A stretch of DNA of 64,000 nt from Lytechinus pictus (Eukaryota): assembly GCF_037042905.1 (NCBI RefSeq), contig NC_087256.1, forward strand, positions 9,982,001 through 10,046,000, read 5' to 3'. The notes below the pieces were generated by a model. That model was not told the origin of the DNA and did not search any database. It worked only from the letters and a program-made list of their open reading frames with translations. Below are positions 37,382 through 50,602 of this stretch, piece by piece. The translations under genes were made by a program, and so were the position numbers. How positions within the stretch are numbered: the stretch's first letter is position 1; each line of letters starts with the position of its first letter.

Positions 37382-39913
37382 ATATTTTGTATGGTCTTCA
37401 CTTCGATTTCATAAGTAACACAACATTATTCCTATAAGATTGAGAGAGAAAAGGAAAAAGATGTAACTTTTGATATAAAGAAGTGACTGTGCCAATTCCA
37501 GCACCTTTTATTAGGTTCGTGTTGATAATGGTCAGATGATTAGGGGATGATTATCTTCTACAGAATATAGTACAGAGCAAAATTCAAAATGTATCTCACA
37601 ATCAGTTTGATCATTAATATGATAATTCAATACCATGCAATTTATGTATCTGATATTACGATGATACAACATGTACAGAAATCAAGAAGGATGGAGCCTA
37701 TTCATTCTGCATTCGCAGATGTTTGTATACTTATTTAAGAGTACTTTAAAGATGAAATCGTAATATGACGAACATATAATTACACTAATGATATATAATT
37801 AGTTAACGAACAAAAACTTCAATTATTTCACAAAAGAAATCACTCAAGGAAAATATGGCATGAATTTGCAGAATAGAAGATTATGATAACAATGGTAATT
37901 AGGTCTCATTTCAATATGAAGCGTATATTATTTTCTAACTAAATATGGCAATATGATTAGGAGCGTCGCTTGGATATTCTTGTCTGTCGATGTTTCATCA
38001 AATGTGCTATATACACTGCTGCTGTAACAAAGAATGAATACGATGAAACATGAGAATACTGAACGTTGCAATAACAAAAGAGAACTGAAATGAGGTTAAG
38101 AACCCGGATGATTTCATATTTTCATCGGCATCCCACCTCACTTCTCAAATACAAACTAAGAAATACTGAATACACTGTTATTTTTCCGAGTCCCCTAAAC
38201 AAAATAAACCCTTTTGATTAAAATTATCATCACACGCCTTATAATAATTATCCGCATTTATAAACGACAGAAAATTTCAATATTTACATGCAACATACAC
38301 TAAATTTAAATATAGTTCATAGCATGAAATAATGATATCAACACCCAGTGACTGTAAAGATATTGAATGGCGCCAGCTAAAGGTCACATTTTGAAATGTC
38401 TGTGTTCCAAGATGAACTCTCAAATTCAATGTACGATGTTAGAAAATCATCGGTATGAAACTGAATGGAAGTGTCGGGTTGCCCGCCTAAGCTTGGATAT
38501 ACGGATACGGTGTGAGAGATTTTCTGATACTTTAAGTAATCCATTCATAACTTTCATTAAAATTCCATTGTATTTCTGCATTGTATTACTCAAAATTAAA
38601 CCTACAGGGGCACCTGACTTCGGGGGGGGGGGGGGGGGGGCTGGACACCGTGGTCTATTATAAGAGCACGTAGGTATAAAATGGTTGTTTTCACACCATC
38701 GGACGATGTACGCGCGTACAGTGAAAAGTTGCATGAGCAACCAAAATAATATAGTTTTTAACAGCCTTGTCTGGTCGCTTCAATCTTATTATCCCTATTA
38801 ATGACGCTCATTTGTTAAAATTGATATGTATGTGACCTGAACTCTCGGTCAGCAGTTCGTCCTTTGGTCACAGGCAAAATACTATACACCTAATGTTTTG
38901 CATCTGTGGTGAGTCTAACATTTATGTTGATGATTTGTCTTTGTTCTCACTCGATTAAGGATAGTTATGATTTAAGATCATAACGAAAATGTAATTGAGC
39001 TCAAATGGGTGGAAAAAAACATTAAAAATACTTGGATGGCAAATCACATTACGATCACAGAAAATATAACTTTCAGGAGAGACATTCAATTCAAACTCCA
39101 TCTAACGATCATTCAGGTAGGAAAATAAAGTTTTATATTTAGTTCTCTGCAATGTCTAAACGGTCCCATTTAAAAACCACCTGTAGTTTACATTTATACC
39201 GGCTGTAGTGAGTTACAGACGAATTTACACGTACACTGCATGACCTGTTGTTTACGTAGATTCAAATTCTTTTTTAAATCTTCTGACTGTAAAATTGTTA
39301 ATTGTAATCATTTAAGTAGGATATTAAGAAATTCTGTCACACTTTGTTGAAACTCTAAATGATAAATTGGGTTAACTGATTTAGTACAAGACATTACATT
39401 GCTTACGGAGAGTTTAATGAAACATACTCTCACTCTTTAAGATTAAGGGGCCGTCATCCCCTGACAGTTTATTACGTTCTCCTATTATAATAACCACTTC
39501 CGCGTTTTCCTGTTAAAATTATGTTCTCAGACTTTACAAAATATAAGCCATTATCAAACATTATCAGTAGGCCTACATACAATGACGATCATAGTTTGAC
39601 ACACGATAACATACATGATAAAATCAGTACTGACTCAGACAATAAGTTTGCTGTTGTATAAGCTGTACCCAATCATTCTTACCAGCGCATTGGATTCAGA
39701 TATGAGTACGAAAATACAACAATTATCAAATTCGGCGTATGAATCCCGTAATAACCTTTAGCTGACAGTGATAAATGCATATCCCTAACGAATGCGACAA
39801 AAAAATGGATAGGTCGGAAAAGATGATGTTATAAGAACTAAAGTAAATTACAAGGTCAGACAAAACTGTACACCGGGATAATTAGTTTTGAAAAGACACC
39901 ATTGCGTCCAAAA

Positions 39914-40162
39914 TCAATTTAATGACATCGACGTACAGGTCGGGTCAAGGTGACAGGCGCCCTCTGCGGCAGAACAGCAGATGCCATTTGCGACACACTG
40001 CCCTTCAAGGCCACAGGAAGGGGCATTGAGTTGACACGGGGACACATCTTCGGTCATACAAGCTGCAGCTTCGGGCGTGAACAGGTAACAGCCGAACTGT
40101 GGACTACAGCATGTACCCACCATTACGCATCTTCCCTGACTTCGTGGACCGCATGGTCTGCA
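39914..40162 (-). CDS. NGFFFamide: NGFFFamide precursor, last coding exon: neurophysin domain (CRPCGPRSQGRC...CHLDPTCTSMSLN*)
   Basis: Within ORF 39914..40297; acceptor ccttctgtgcag|TGC at 40163; TGA at 39914-39916; 82 aa with 14 Cys in neurophysin spacing (CxxCGP, TCC, GC, SPC, CG, ICC); phase 0 fits the 56204 donor across a ~16-kb intron. Confidence 0.95.
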   Translation of the reverse strand, partial: CRPCGPRSQGRCVMVGTCCSPQFGCYLFTPEAAACMTEDVSPCQLNAPSCGLEGQCVANGICCSAAEGACHLDPTCTSMSLN

Positions 40163-43100
40163 CTGCACAGAAGGAGACACAAAAAAGATTGGAGGAAAAA
40201 AAGGTAGAAAAATATGATTAATCCTTACTGTAAAAAAAACTCGAACATCAAAATGATTGCAATTTTCTGTTCTAAAGCATAATCCAAGCAATATCACCGT
40301 GATGCAGAGCGATGAATCAAGTCGGTAAATAAACTTGAAGTTGATAACGAATTTGATTAATTAAAATTGATACTATATTATCAGCAATGTTTGATCTGAA
40401 ATGAATCAAAATATCTTATTCAATAAATGTATGATAATAATGAAACATAAAACGATTTTATATCCTATAAAATATATAATATGAACAAATTAAAGATATG
40501 GGAGAAAATAAATGAGGACTGAGTAAAACAATGTTGAACTTAACAGATAAAAAAAAAACCGAAAGGGATTCCTTAAATACCTAAATGCCGAAATACAATT
40601 TTAAGTTATAGTCGAAAAGACGTGAAGTGTCTAGAAACTCTAAAATAACAACAACAAAAAAAGATAAACATGGAGGGGAAGAGCGGATAAAATAAAGTGG
40701 CAGGAGGAAGAATACCATATTTTATCCACCAAGATTATTCTACTGCATAAGATCATCTTGCTGTATACAAGTTCTCTATATATACCATGTATACCGTGTA
40801 ATCAGGGATTTGAGAGTAGATAGAGTAGTAGGTATTCTCTCAAAGGGAATCAATGCTTGGCCGATGTTATAAAAGTGTTGAATAACTGTGTTGAGGGGTT
40901 AGTACTCTTTTCGGCTTCTTGTCTACATTAAATCTACAACTGAGGTGAAGACGTCTATTTTCTTTCTGGTTGTCCAGTATGTACCAATATATAAGCTCTC
41001 TCTGTGCATCCGTTGCGGAATATAACACAAAATGCTTAAAAATCTACATGAAGGTCTACATATATCACAAAAAAAAATAAAACGGAACTAGAAAATTGCC
41101 ACCACATTAGCTGATTCACGATTTGGTATCTGTTGTGATGAAGCCAGTCATGCTCGTGATAGCGAAAGCGCACGTGTGGAAGATACCAATGAATACCTAT
41201 GTTGATGTGGCGTCATTCTTATAGAAATAGTTTTGATATCGGAATGCGTTATTTCCTGTTGGTTCGATAAAAGTCATGTTTACATCGCTCTCATATATCG
41301 GCAAGTTGGATAATTATTGAAACATCTACATCCGCTTTTTTGGACAGAAAATATAGGACGAGGGGTAATCAAACTTATAGGAATTATAGCTGTTCATGAA
41401 TATCAAGGGGTTCAAAGGGAAGAGTGAGAGAGAAGAGAGATATGATTGAAAAAGAAGAGAAGAAAACAAAAAAAGAAGAAAAGAAAAGAGAAAGAGAAAA
41501 GGGACAATTGATACAGTGGGTGGAGAGGGTGCGGAGAATAAGATATAGAAAAAAGTTATACGTAAAGAGAGAGAGAGGGGGATGTAAGAGAGAAAGGGGG
41601 AGTGTAGTACAAGACATATTCCCGCTATTATTGAAAGAGGCTGCGGAACCAGAGGGGGGGGGGGGTTCAACCCGATTCAGCCTCGCCCCCCTTTTTGTGC
41701 ATGGAAAAGTCCACCATTTTGCCTCTCTTCCCCACTTTCAAAACCGTTCCACGTCCCCTGTGTAGTCATAATGATATAATGCGAATCGATCCAATATTAT
41801 ACTTTTTATAACTATGAGTAAAACGGTACATAGATGGCATCATTCTGTGCATTCCAAATGCTAACCTGGGAATGGCATATACATCTCTGGTAGATCAGAC
41901 GCGGATATTATTTTCCAATGCGTGAATGACATTTCGACAATATTATTTTTTATCTGTATCTCAAAGGATCGCAATTGCAAATATGACCTGGGTTTCTCTA
42001 TCCACGTATAAATCATGAATCAATAAATCATTCTGCAACATTTATCATCGTTTAGTGATGCCGTGCGTGCCGAAAGTGAAGCAATCTCGTTCCATTGATG
42101 TTGGTATAACTGCTATGACGTTGCCAAAGACATTTAAAATAGATAGGACGTTGCCATCTTCCACAGAAACGTGTTATCGGCTTCAGGGCACGTGCTCCAT
42201 GAACCTCGTGCTACAGCCACATCGGCGAAACTGCTCCAGACCGATCAAAGCCATTACATATCACATACCTTTGCTCGATTTCGAGTCGGTTTGTGGTATG
42301 ACTGTAGCATTGTTTTAAATGGTTTATCATTGGTAAGTTTTAAACTCGGTTATGGTGGTGTGATTATGGTATTAGGGCCTACATGAACGTGTTGATAATT
42401 TGCTATTTTGGAAGACTATGGCATCTCAAACTGGAGATTTTTTTATTATTCTTACATCCGACCACCCTCCCCTCCGTCAGACGCGATGAATAATATAGCA
42501 AAGTGAATCAATAAATCAATGCACATGACACCTGCAGTGTTGGGTGACGTTGATAGTGACACATGCAACATTAATAAACTAAATGATTTAATGAACCGTG
42601 GAGTGAAATTAAGTGCGATAGAAGTATTAACAAAAGACTATCGACCTGATTCGACGGAATGATCGGAAAATAAAATAGTTAAACTAACATTTAATTTGAA
42701 AATGTAAACTTGAAATGATCTCTTGATTCTGTATACCATTGCTGATTCAATTGATGAAGAGCTTCTATTATAGTCCTGATCTTTTTTTGTAATATAATTG
42801 CAACAATCCGTCATTTCGTCAGTTCACGTCGTTGGGGATATGAAAAGTGTGTGATTATGCAGAGCATTAAGTTTTGTAATGGGATTTCTAAGCATATAAG
42901 CACCATGGACCAAAAGATTAAGAACTGAGAATTTTGAAGTAATTTCAGAAAGTGTAAACTCGTTCAGGTGGAAAAGATGTTGAAGGAGGACACGGAGGAT
43001 GATCGTGATGATGATGGGGATGTTTGTGATGATGGTTATGACAANNNNNNNNNNNNNNNNNNNNNNNNNNNNNNNNNNNNNNNNNNNNNNNNNNNNNNNN

Positions 43101-46100
43101 NNNNNNNNNNNNNNNNNNNNNNNNNNNNNNNNNNNNNNNNNNNNNNNNNNNNNNNNNNNNNNNNNNNNNNNNNNNNNNNTGACGGTGGTATATAGTGGTA
43201 GCGGTTTTATTTGTATCATACCACTACCAATATATAAATATATATACATGATAAAGAATGAAATAAGAATGGAATAACAATTTAAAAATGGGACTATTGG
43301 GCTTTCGTTTTTTAATCATGTATTTCACGTATTCGAAAAAATTAAAATAAGTTCCATATTCTGATTAAATGTCCGTTTATATATATATAGGTTATATCAT
43401 GGAGCTATTGTAATAGCTCTATGGTTATATTATTCACAGTCCTGCAGTCCAATACTACCAATAAAAAAGGATTCCGCCAACCATATAGCATTAAATCACA
43501 GCAGACAGGTTTATTAGGGAGCGAATTACATTGACAGTGTATACGGTGCAGTGGCGGATTGATTTGTCTCTTGATAGCAACTCTCTTGGCTTAAAGGATG
43601 CTCCCATCAATCAAACCAATGTGACAATTGAATACACCCACGCTATATACGCAACCCTCGGTATTCATAAGTCGACAATCAGAAAGCAATTTCAACTAAA
43701 ATTGATCCATCATTCTCTTCCCAAGCTATCTCACTTATCTCCGATCGTTTACATCTAATTCTCCGTTACTGAGAAATGATACAATAGAAATTTACTCTAT
43801 ACTCTCATGAATATTGGATGAAAGGTATATTTCCAGGGGTTTTATATTACAAAAATGAAAGATAAGTAAGACTAGAATTGCAATCGTATCAAAACGATAT
43901 GCATGCATTTGTTTTGGGTTGAATTTTTTTTTATATTAAGAAGTTTTGACGCATTGAAGTATAGATGCATGTGATCGATTAAATAGGGGGCAAGAAACAA
44001 AGCCAGACTAAAAAAGAGAAAACTCTATACTGTAGAGGATGATTCATATGCAGTAACTTCCATGACAATTATGTGAAATTAGGTTTCCGCTAGGAGCCGA
44101 TTTCTGCCATAGACATTTTGTATAATTATGTTGCTGATAAACTATGCATTGTATAGTATGCCACGTGATCAAATCGGATTATCTCAAAATTTAATGTTAT
44201 AACTTATATCGTATTTGGTGTCAATGTAAAGTAAATTCCAATGCAGCGACATTGCTACCAGCTTTATTTGTGCGCAAGCAACAAACCGGAAGTAAATGGA
44301 ATATAAAGTAATGAATAAAAAAATGAAGGGTTTTCGCGATAATTTTAAGCTGACGTCAGCTCTTTGTCAGTTCCTGTCAAAAAGGTCGAAGAACAGTTGT
44401 GGTATACATCAATCCTGATATCTGCCAAGTTGGAAAGGTTTCGCTCGAATGATAAAGAAGTGCGAGCGAGTTGAAGTTCTTCTTGACATTATTGTGCATT
44501 TTTTCGTATTTTGAGATTTTCAGGAGCACTTTTGATATATATTTTGTCAGTTGTAAAGTATATATTTTTGCTAATGCCTTCAAAGAGCATAACTTGAAGA
44601 ACTCAAATCCAAGAGAGGGTACGGGTTTGACCTTGCATGACGCAATGAGGGTCAATCGAAGATAAACATTTTCAAAACATTAGAGGGTGCTATTTCTAAA
44701 AGTAATAGTCATTGATGCTTGAATTATGACAGATGATACCATAATGCAATCTCTGAAAATATGAGACCAAAATGAATGAAAACACAGAATTATGGCCATT
44801 ACACGATTTTATGACTTTGCATTTCAATAAATACGAAGTTTTTGAAGGTAAACTATTTCGGATATGAATTAAGGGCATGAAAATGGCATTTCGAAGGGCA
44901 TGTTATGTATCGCAGATAAAAGAGCAACTCTTAAACAATCTACAACAATTTGTTAGAAGTCTGTACCATGCAGGATAAGGGAGATTCGATAGAATTAGGA
45001 ATGGTATGAAAATGGGTCTGAAATGGACAAAATGGTGCATGGATGGTCACGCATGAACGATTTTGGATAACGGAATGTAAGGTGTACAATTAGGGGTTCT
45101 GGACAATATTCCTACCAAATTTGGAAGAATTTGGAGGAGGAACAAGGCCAGAGCAGGAGCCACAATCTCTATGTATTAACTGAATGGGATTTTGGCGGAA
45201 GAAAAAAAGAAGATTGCGGAATCGGAATGGAGAACAGGAAGAAGACATTGTCGCCATTTGGCGTCAATGCAAAAAGATGAGAACAAAATAAAGAAGACGA
45301 TGTATTGGAAATAAATGCCGACATATGAACATTTCTAGCATGGGGAAATGAGTAAAAAAAGATCAGGAAAGAAAAAGGGTTTAAATATAATATTATTTTA
45401 TAAATATAATCCATCACAACTCAGGTTTACTGTTTTCGTTTTTTTTTTTCTCCCGACTTTTGAGCAATTTTGTTCCATAAATCACGTTTGTCCCCCTCAA
45501 ATTTGTACGGATCAATACGCCACTGGACTGCACAAAACATTGGGTGAAATAAAATAAAAATCGAATTCTTTTATTGATTTTATTTACTATGATTATTAAT
45601 CTTCTTCATACATTATTGATATTATCATCATCATTTTAATTATATTATGATAATAAGTATATCGTAATCGCTATCATCATCCCCATTATTGTCGTTTTAA
45701 AATACTTCTTATACTTTATCAGCTCTTACCGTGCCCATGATTGTTTTGGAGTTTGGTTTCAAATTTCATTTGATATGGTAAATTAGATTTTTGTTTATTA
45801 ATTAAATTGTAATGAAAACTTTACAACATCTTGCAATTCATTACATGTGAAGCTTCCAATGTCGAGGTTTCATACAAAAATATCAAAGTTGATACTATAT
45901 CTCATCTAGCATAGATAAAACGCAGCCCTAATTACTTCTGCGCAAGTGGCTGCTTCGAATACCATTCTTTTGGTTGTAAAGCAAGCTTTCTTAAACCGAT
46001 GACCTCAAATACTTAGCATTGTTATACCATCGAGGATATATCTCATATCATCTCTAACTTGCCATGAAATCATTTTTAATAATGTACATTTCCCTGCAAA

Positions 46101-47599
46101 TAATTACATTCGACCATTGAAATAGCTATCCTTGGTAACCGTTGCCATGGTAACTTGGCTTTTATCGGTTCTGTTGAGCTTTTCATTCTCTTCTTAGTCA
46201 CATGCGTTCATAATAGTATTCATGAAGAAGAAATCGTTGAAAAAAATACTCGTTCATGACAATATGGAGTATAGTAAGCATAGCGAAGGATCAATGGGAT
46301 AAATACTCGTCAATATTCGAATGGTCGGATGACACACTGCCCTTCTTTCAGATGATATTTGGTCTTTGGCTGAACTGAATGAAAACAAATAATGTAATTA
46401 TATTCATTTAATTTTAAGTGGCGCATGAAAGGTAAGTTAAAACATGAATACGTGTTTAGTATATAATAAATCAAATTATTGTTCATCGTTCTTGCATTCC
46501 TATTTCAAAGAAAGTTTGATAGCTACAGATACACCACTTTTCGTTGATTTATTCTTTGTGAAAATCTAAATTTTTCATAAAAGTCCCTAAAACAACGTAG
46601 CCTATTCAAAACCTCTCTTATACGAAGAATGCATCCTGAATTTTCTATCCCATCTCAGGTTTATATTAAGTGGTTTTATATCCCTCCTCCCTAAACAAAC
46701 AAATTAAATGAGTAAAAGAGATTAGGATCGACTTTATCAAAATAATCTTGGCAGTTCGATTCAACTTTGATTAAGGTCATATTCGGAAAATAGGTTTTAA
46801 TAAGAAAACAGGTTATATAAATAAGAAACCTAATAAGAAATAAACAAACTATATAGTATTTTCATTAGATTAAATGTGTTTTACAATGATATGATTACAT
46901 GATGTATGTGTATATCAGTGATAAAAATTTTGAAATTAAATGGAAAAAAGGTTATCCAAAACACCGCGAGCAATACCACGCAAAATGTCATGGGGGATCA
47001 AACTCAGGGAATTTCCGGGGTTCTTTCGGCGTCGGCTGCATACAGTGTGCTGCTGCTGATGATGTTTGATTTAATTAAAGTCTTTTCCTGCCCTTTCGTG
47101 ATATTGACGACGGATGTTTCGCCCAAATATCATCATTGAACTCTGTTGATGAAAATAACACTTGGGAGTTAAGGTAACCAAGGGCAACGTGGCCCGTGAA
47201 AACACTCCGAAATGAAGGGATGTGTGGCCTTCGGGATACGAATGATATCTGATTTAGTCTTTTAGACTCCTCAACTCCCTCTCTCATTTTCTTCTCCCAT
47301 TTCCCCTCTCATCTACTCTTTATTCAGTCTTTTACATCCCATCTGTGATAATAACTTCCAACGCGCTTCCAACAGGGCCCTTTCAAATTAACATCTATGA
47401 AAATCCGATATTCTGTCACCCTATTATTTTCGTCTCCATTAATGTTTTTTGCGAATGATTACCATAAATGGTAACACCTGAACATTTCTTTCCCAACCAT
47501 TTTCACTTTAACACGATGTCTTACTACTGTCCAAAAATCAAATATAAAAGAATGAAAAACAGAAAGTGCGGAGTGAACGGATATAATTCTGTTTCTGTT

Positions 47600-47845
47600 T
47601 ATGGTAACTCCCGTAGGAACTCGGCAGGACAGCGTTTTGCTGGTTAACGCCAAGCTGGTATATAACCAATTACCTAGGAATCATTTTACGTCTACGTTAA
47701 TCAGTCATAGTGGCTGGCCTTATAGACGACAGATATTACTCTCGGGCCTTTTTATCAAAGGGGAGACAATGGCAGAGTAGGGATTCAAACTCACAACCTT
47801 TGCGATTATGAGTCCAATGCTCTAACCACTAGACCACACGACCCG
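47600..47845 (-). mobile_element. tRNA-derived SINE
   Basis: Minus-strand GGGTCGTGTGGTCTAGTGGTTAGAGCATTGGACTCATAATC...GAGTTTGAATCCC followed by a non-tRNA body. Confidence 0.7.
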
Positions 47846-50602
47846 TATATAGTAACGAGATGATCATAAAAATGGTGTCAGTTAGATACCACAATGTACA
47901 TTTTTACAAAATCAACAGTCTGCTTATTTCGGCACATATCCGTATCCCAATACATTGTTAGTACCACCCCCTCCCCCACCTCCGGGAGAAGGTTCTAACA
48001 GGTTTGTCAGACAAGTTGGGTGTCAAGCCTGAAATGGGACTCCGCACAAGAACGATTTGCGAAAGCTATAAAAGAAAGAAAAAAGGCTCCCAAGAGGCAA
48101 AATACAACTTTAGAAATTTTTCCGAATGTGGGTGTACAGGTTGGAAGCATACGTGGTAAACTTTTGTGCGGTATGTGACAAAGTTCGTACAAACCCTTTT
48201 TTTAATTCTGTCGAACTAAAGAGAAATAAACGGAGATTTGAAATTGTGAAAAGTGAAGTATAAGATTCTTGATTTTTATCGTTCAAAATACAACAGTTAA
48301 AATCTGTATTAAATAGCAACTCATTTAAATGCCTCAATCAGTCAATATTAGGTCCACAAGATTAAAATTTTCTTTTAAAGGGCCTAAACTGTAAGTATGA
48401 TAAGGCACTATTAATACGGTTCAAGCAGATAGCGAGATTCGCAAGGCAGGTTTGATGGTCCTTGCGCCACTTCAAGATTGTCATACTACTTTTCTGTCGT
48501 GGCCGCACCAACGGAACCGTCCCATATAGACCAACCTAATACAATTATTACCAATGATATACCATCAATCAGATTGGAATAGATTCTTTCGGTGTGACTG
48601 GACTTTGGAGACTAATCACGACGCTCTCATATATATAAACCTAGCAAACAGATACAATATTGATGAATAGAGTACTTCGTAAATTAGGTTCTCTGCATAA
48701 TAACAGAGTAGAGAGTCGTGACAATGAAAAAAGAGCTCCCATTGAATACCAGGAGTACTTCGGGATGCTTGTCACTGATTAATAACTAGGTATATGTGTG
48801 ATGAAATTTATAAATGGGATAACGCCACGATTAAGTGTAGTTTTATCATGCTTTGGTGTAATTTTCTGCTTCAATGCGAAGTAGTCCCAATTGGATGTGT
48901 ATATAGGCTTGGCTTGATCGCACCAAGAAGTGCATTGACCGAGTTCCGTAGTAATTTGAGCGGGTACGGAATTACATCATAATCATAATTCCGTTTTAAA
49001 TAATTTGACATTACTCTCGCTTGAGCGGGGCAATTATTCGGATTGGATCGGCGTGTAAGTTGTCAATTAGTCGAAGCGCAAAGCGCCATGAAAGGACAAA
49101 TATCAGGGAAACCACACCAAAATACATGTGAATAAATTGAAAAATGAATAAAGAGAGGCACTATCACTGATATTATATTTTCTATAATTATTAAAAGTAA
49201 AAATCTGACGATCATCAGAGATATGCCGGATTCAAACGATTATGCTAGTACAGGGGAGGGTTGTCGAGTGTAAGTGGTGAAGAATCGAATTACTTTTTTT
49301 GTTAAAAAACGTTTAATTTACTTTTCGAGTTCTTGTAGACATCGAGCATTCATTAATCCATTTTGGAAACTTCGCGCTTCAAAAAAAAAAAAAAACTCAA
49401 ATCCCGTATGATAATACAACTAGGAACGTTTACATTTATCTTTTTAGATATGTTGACACCACTTCAAAATCACAAAACTACCTCTTTAAGGGAAGTAAAA
49501 AATGACATTTTATATTTCCGAAGTTATAACAGATCATCGTTTCCAAATATTGGTTCAAAATTTCACAACTTAAATACTTATAATTATGATACTTCCATAA
49601 TACCATTAACAGACCTGAGCCAACACGCAGCAATGTGGCATGGTTCAGTCAGATAAAATGATCTTCATTATTATTGTTCGGTCTTATATTGCTCTCTTGT
49701 ATTCGATCCAAGGCGCTGTTTAGTGTGATTTGGGCACGGAGCCGGTTTTAAGCTTTCCAATGTTTTATCCCTAATAGCCATTGATTGGTTTCTGCCATAG
49801 ATTAAAGGGGAGTATCTTGTTCTGATTTCTGATCGCGTGTACATCTAGGTCACAGGGAGTCTGTATCAACAGAATTGGTATAAATCACAACTGCTAATGC
49901 AATAACCTCCACACTTCTTTGAAACAAAACTGGTGCAATTAATTGGGCGCGGTGCGACCAGCGATATTGGGGTTAATTGCTCCTAAACAACCTGCTCTCT
50001 CAAACCAATATGGATTTTCAATGCAAAACCTTTGTGTTAATCCAGCACCAGCCGCCTGGTAGCCTGGTATGTGACCCCAGAGAAGTATTAAAGTAATAGA
50101 GGTTTGGGCTCAGTAACACCAAAAAGGTGTTTAGACAACACTGGTCGGTGTTAAAAGAACGTCAGTTTGAGTCTTAACAGGTTTCGTAATTAGGGAGTTT
50201 CGCTTCTACGACACAAGAAGTCTTTGACGAAAATTGATAAATCAAAACAGAAGTTTTGTCCTGAACTCTGGGCAAACGACATATTTCCACTTTTTCGACA
50301 ACTCTGAAACTTAGGACGAAACTTCTGTTCCTGTTTACAAATTTTCGACAAAGACCTCGAAGTTTTTTTGGTCATATGACTTGTGGGCATTTTCAATCTA
50401 TTTACTGTGTTCTTGCCTCCGTCCCCGTTGCGAAACTCTCTGTTATGTTGAATTGAAAATGGAGCTTATGCAGTGTAATGGCCGGGATAAATTCCTTTTT
50501 TATGGAAACGATTTAAAAATCATGTGTCTCGATTTTTTTTTTCTTCAAGTTTTTAGTTTCGTATGATATTTATGAAAAATGAAACTAAATATAATCATAC
50601 AT

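Noticed and set aside
41326-41765. Lys/Glu-rich and Leu/Phe-rich ORFs
   Set aside because: Products of a GA-rich low-complexity tract.
42897-42915. RE1/NRSE-like AGCACCATGGAC in the neuropeptide intron
   Set aside because: Misses the TC and AG flanking bases of the consensus; a REST system is not established in echinoderms.
30229-43277. ORFs spanning the N runs at 30301-30598 and 43045-43179
   Set aside because: Artefacts of assembly gaps.
46906-47287. Short ORFs suggesting a nested gene in the long intron
   Set aside because: No recognisable domain or consistent splice structure.
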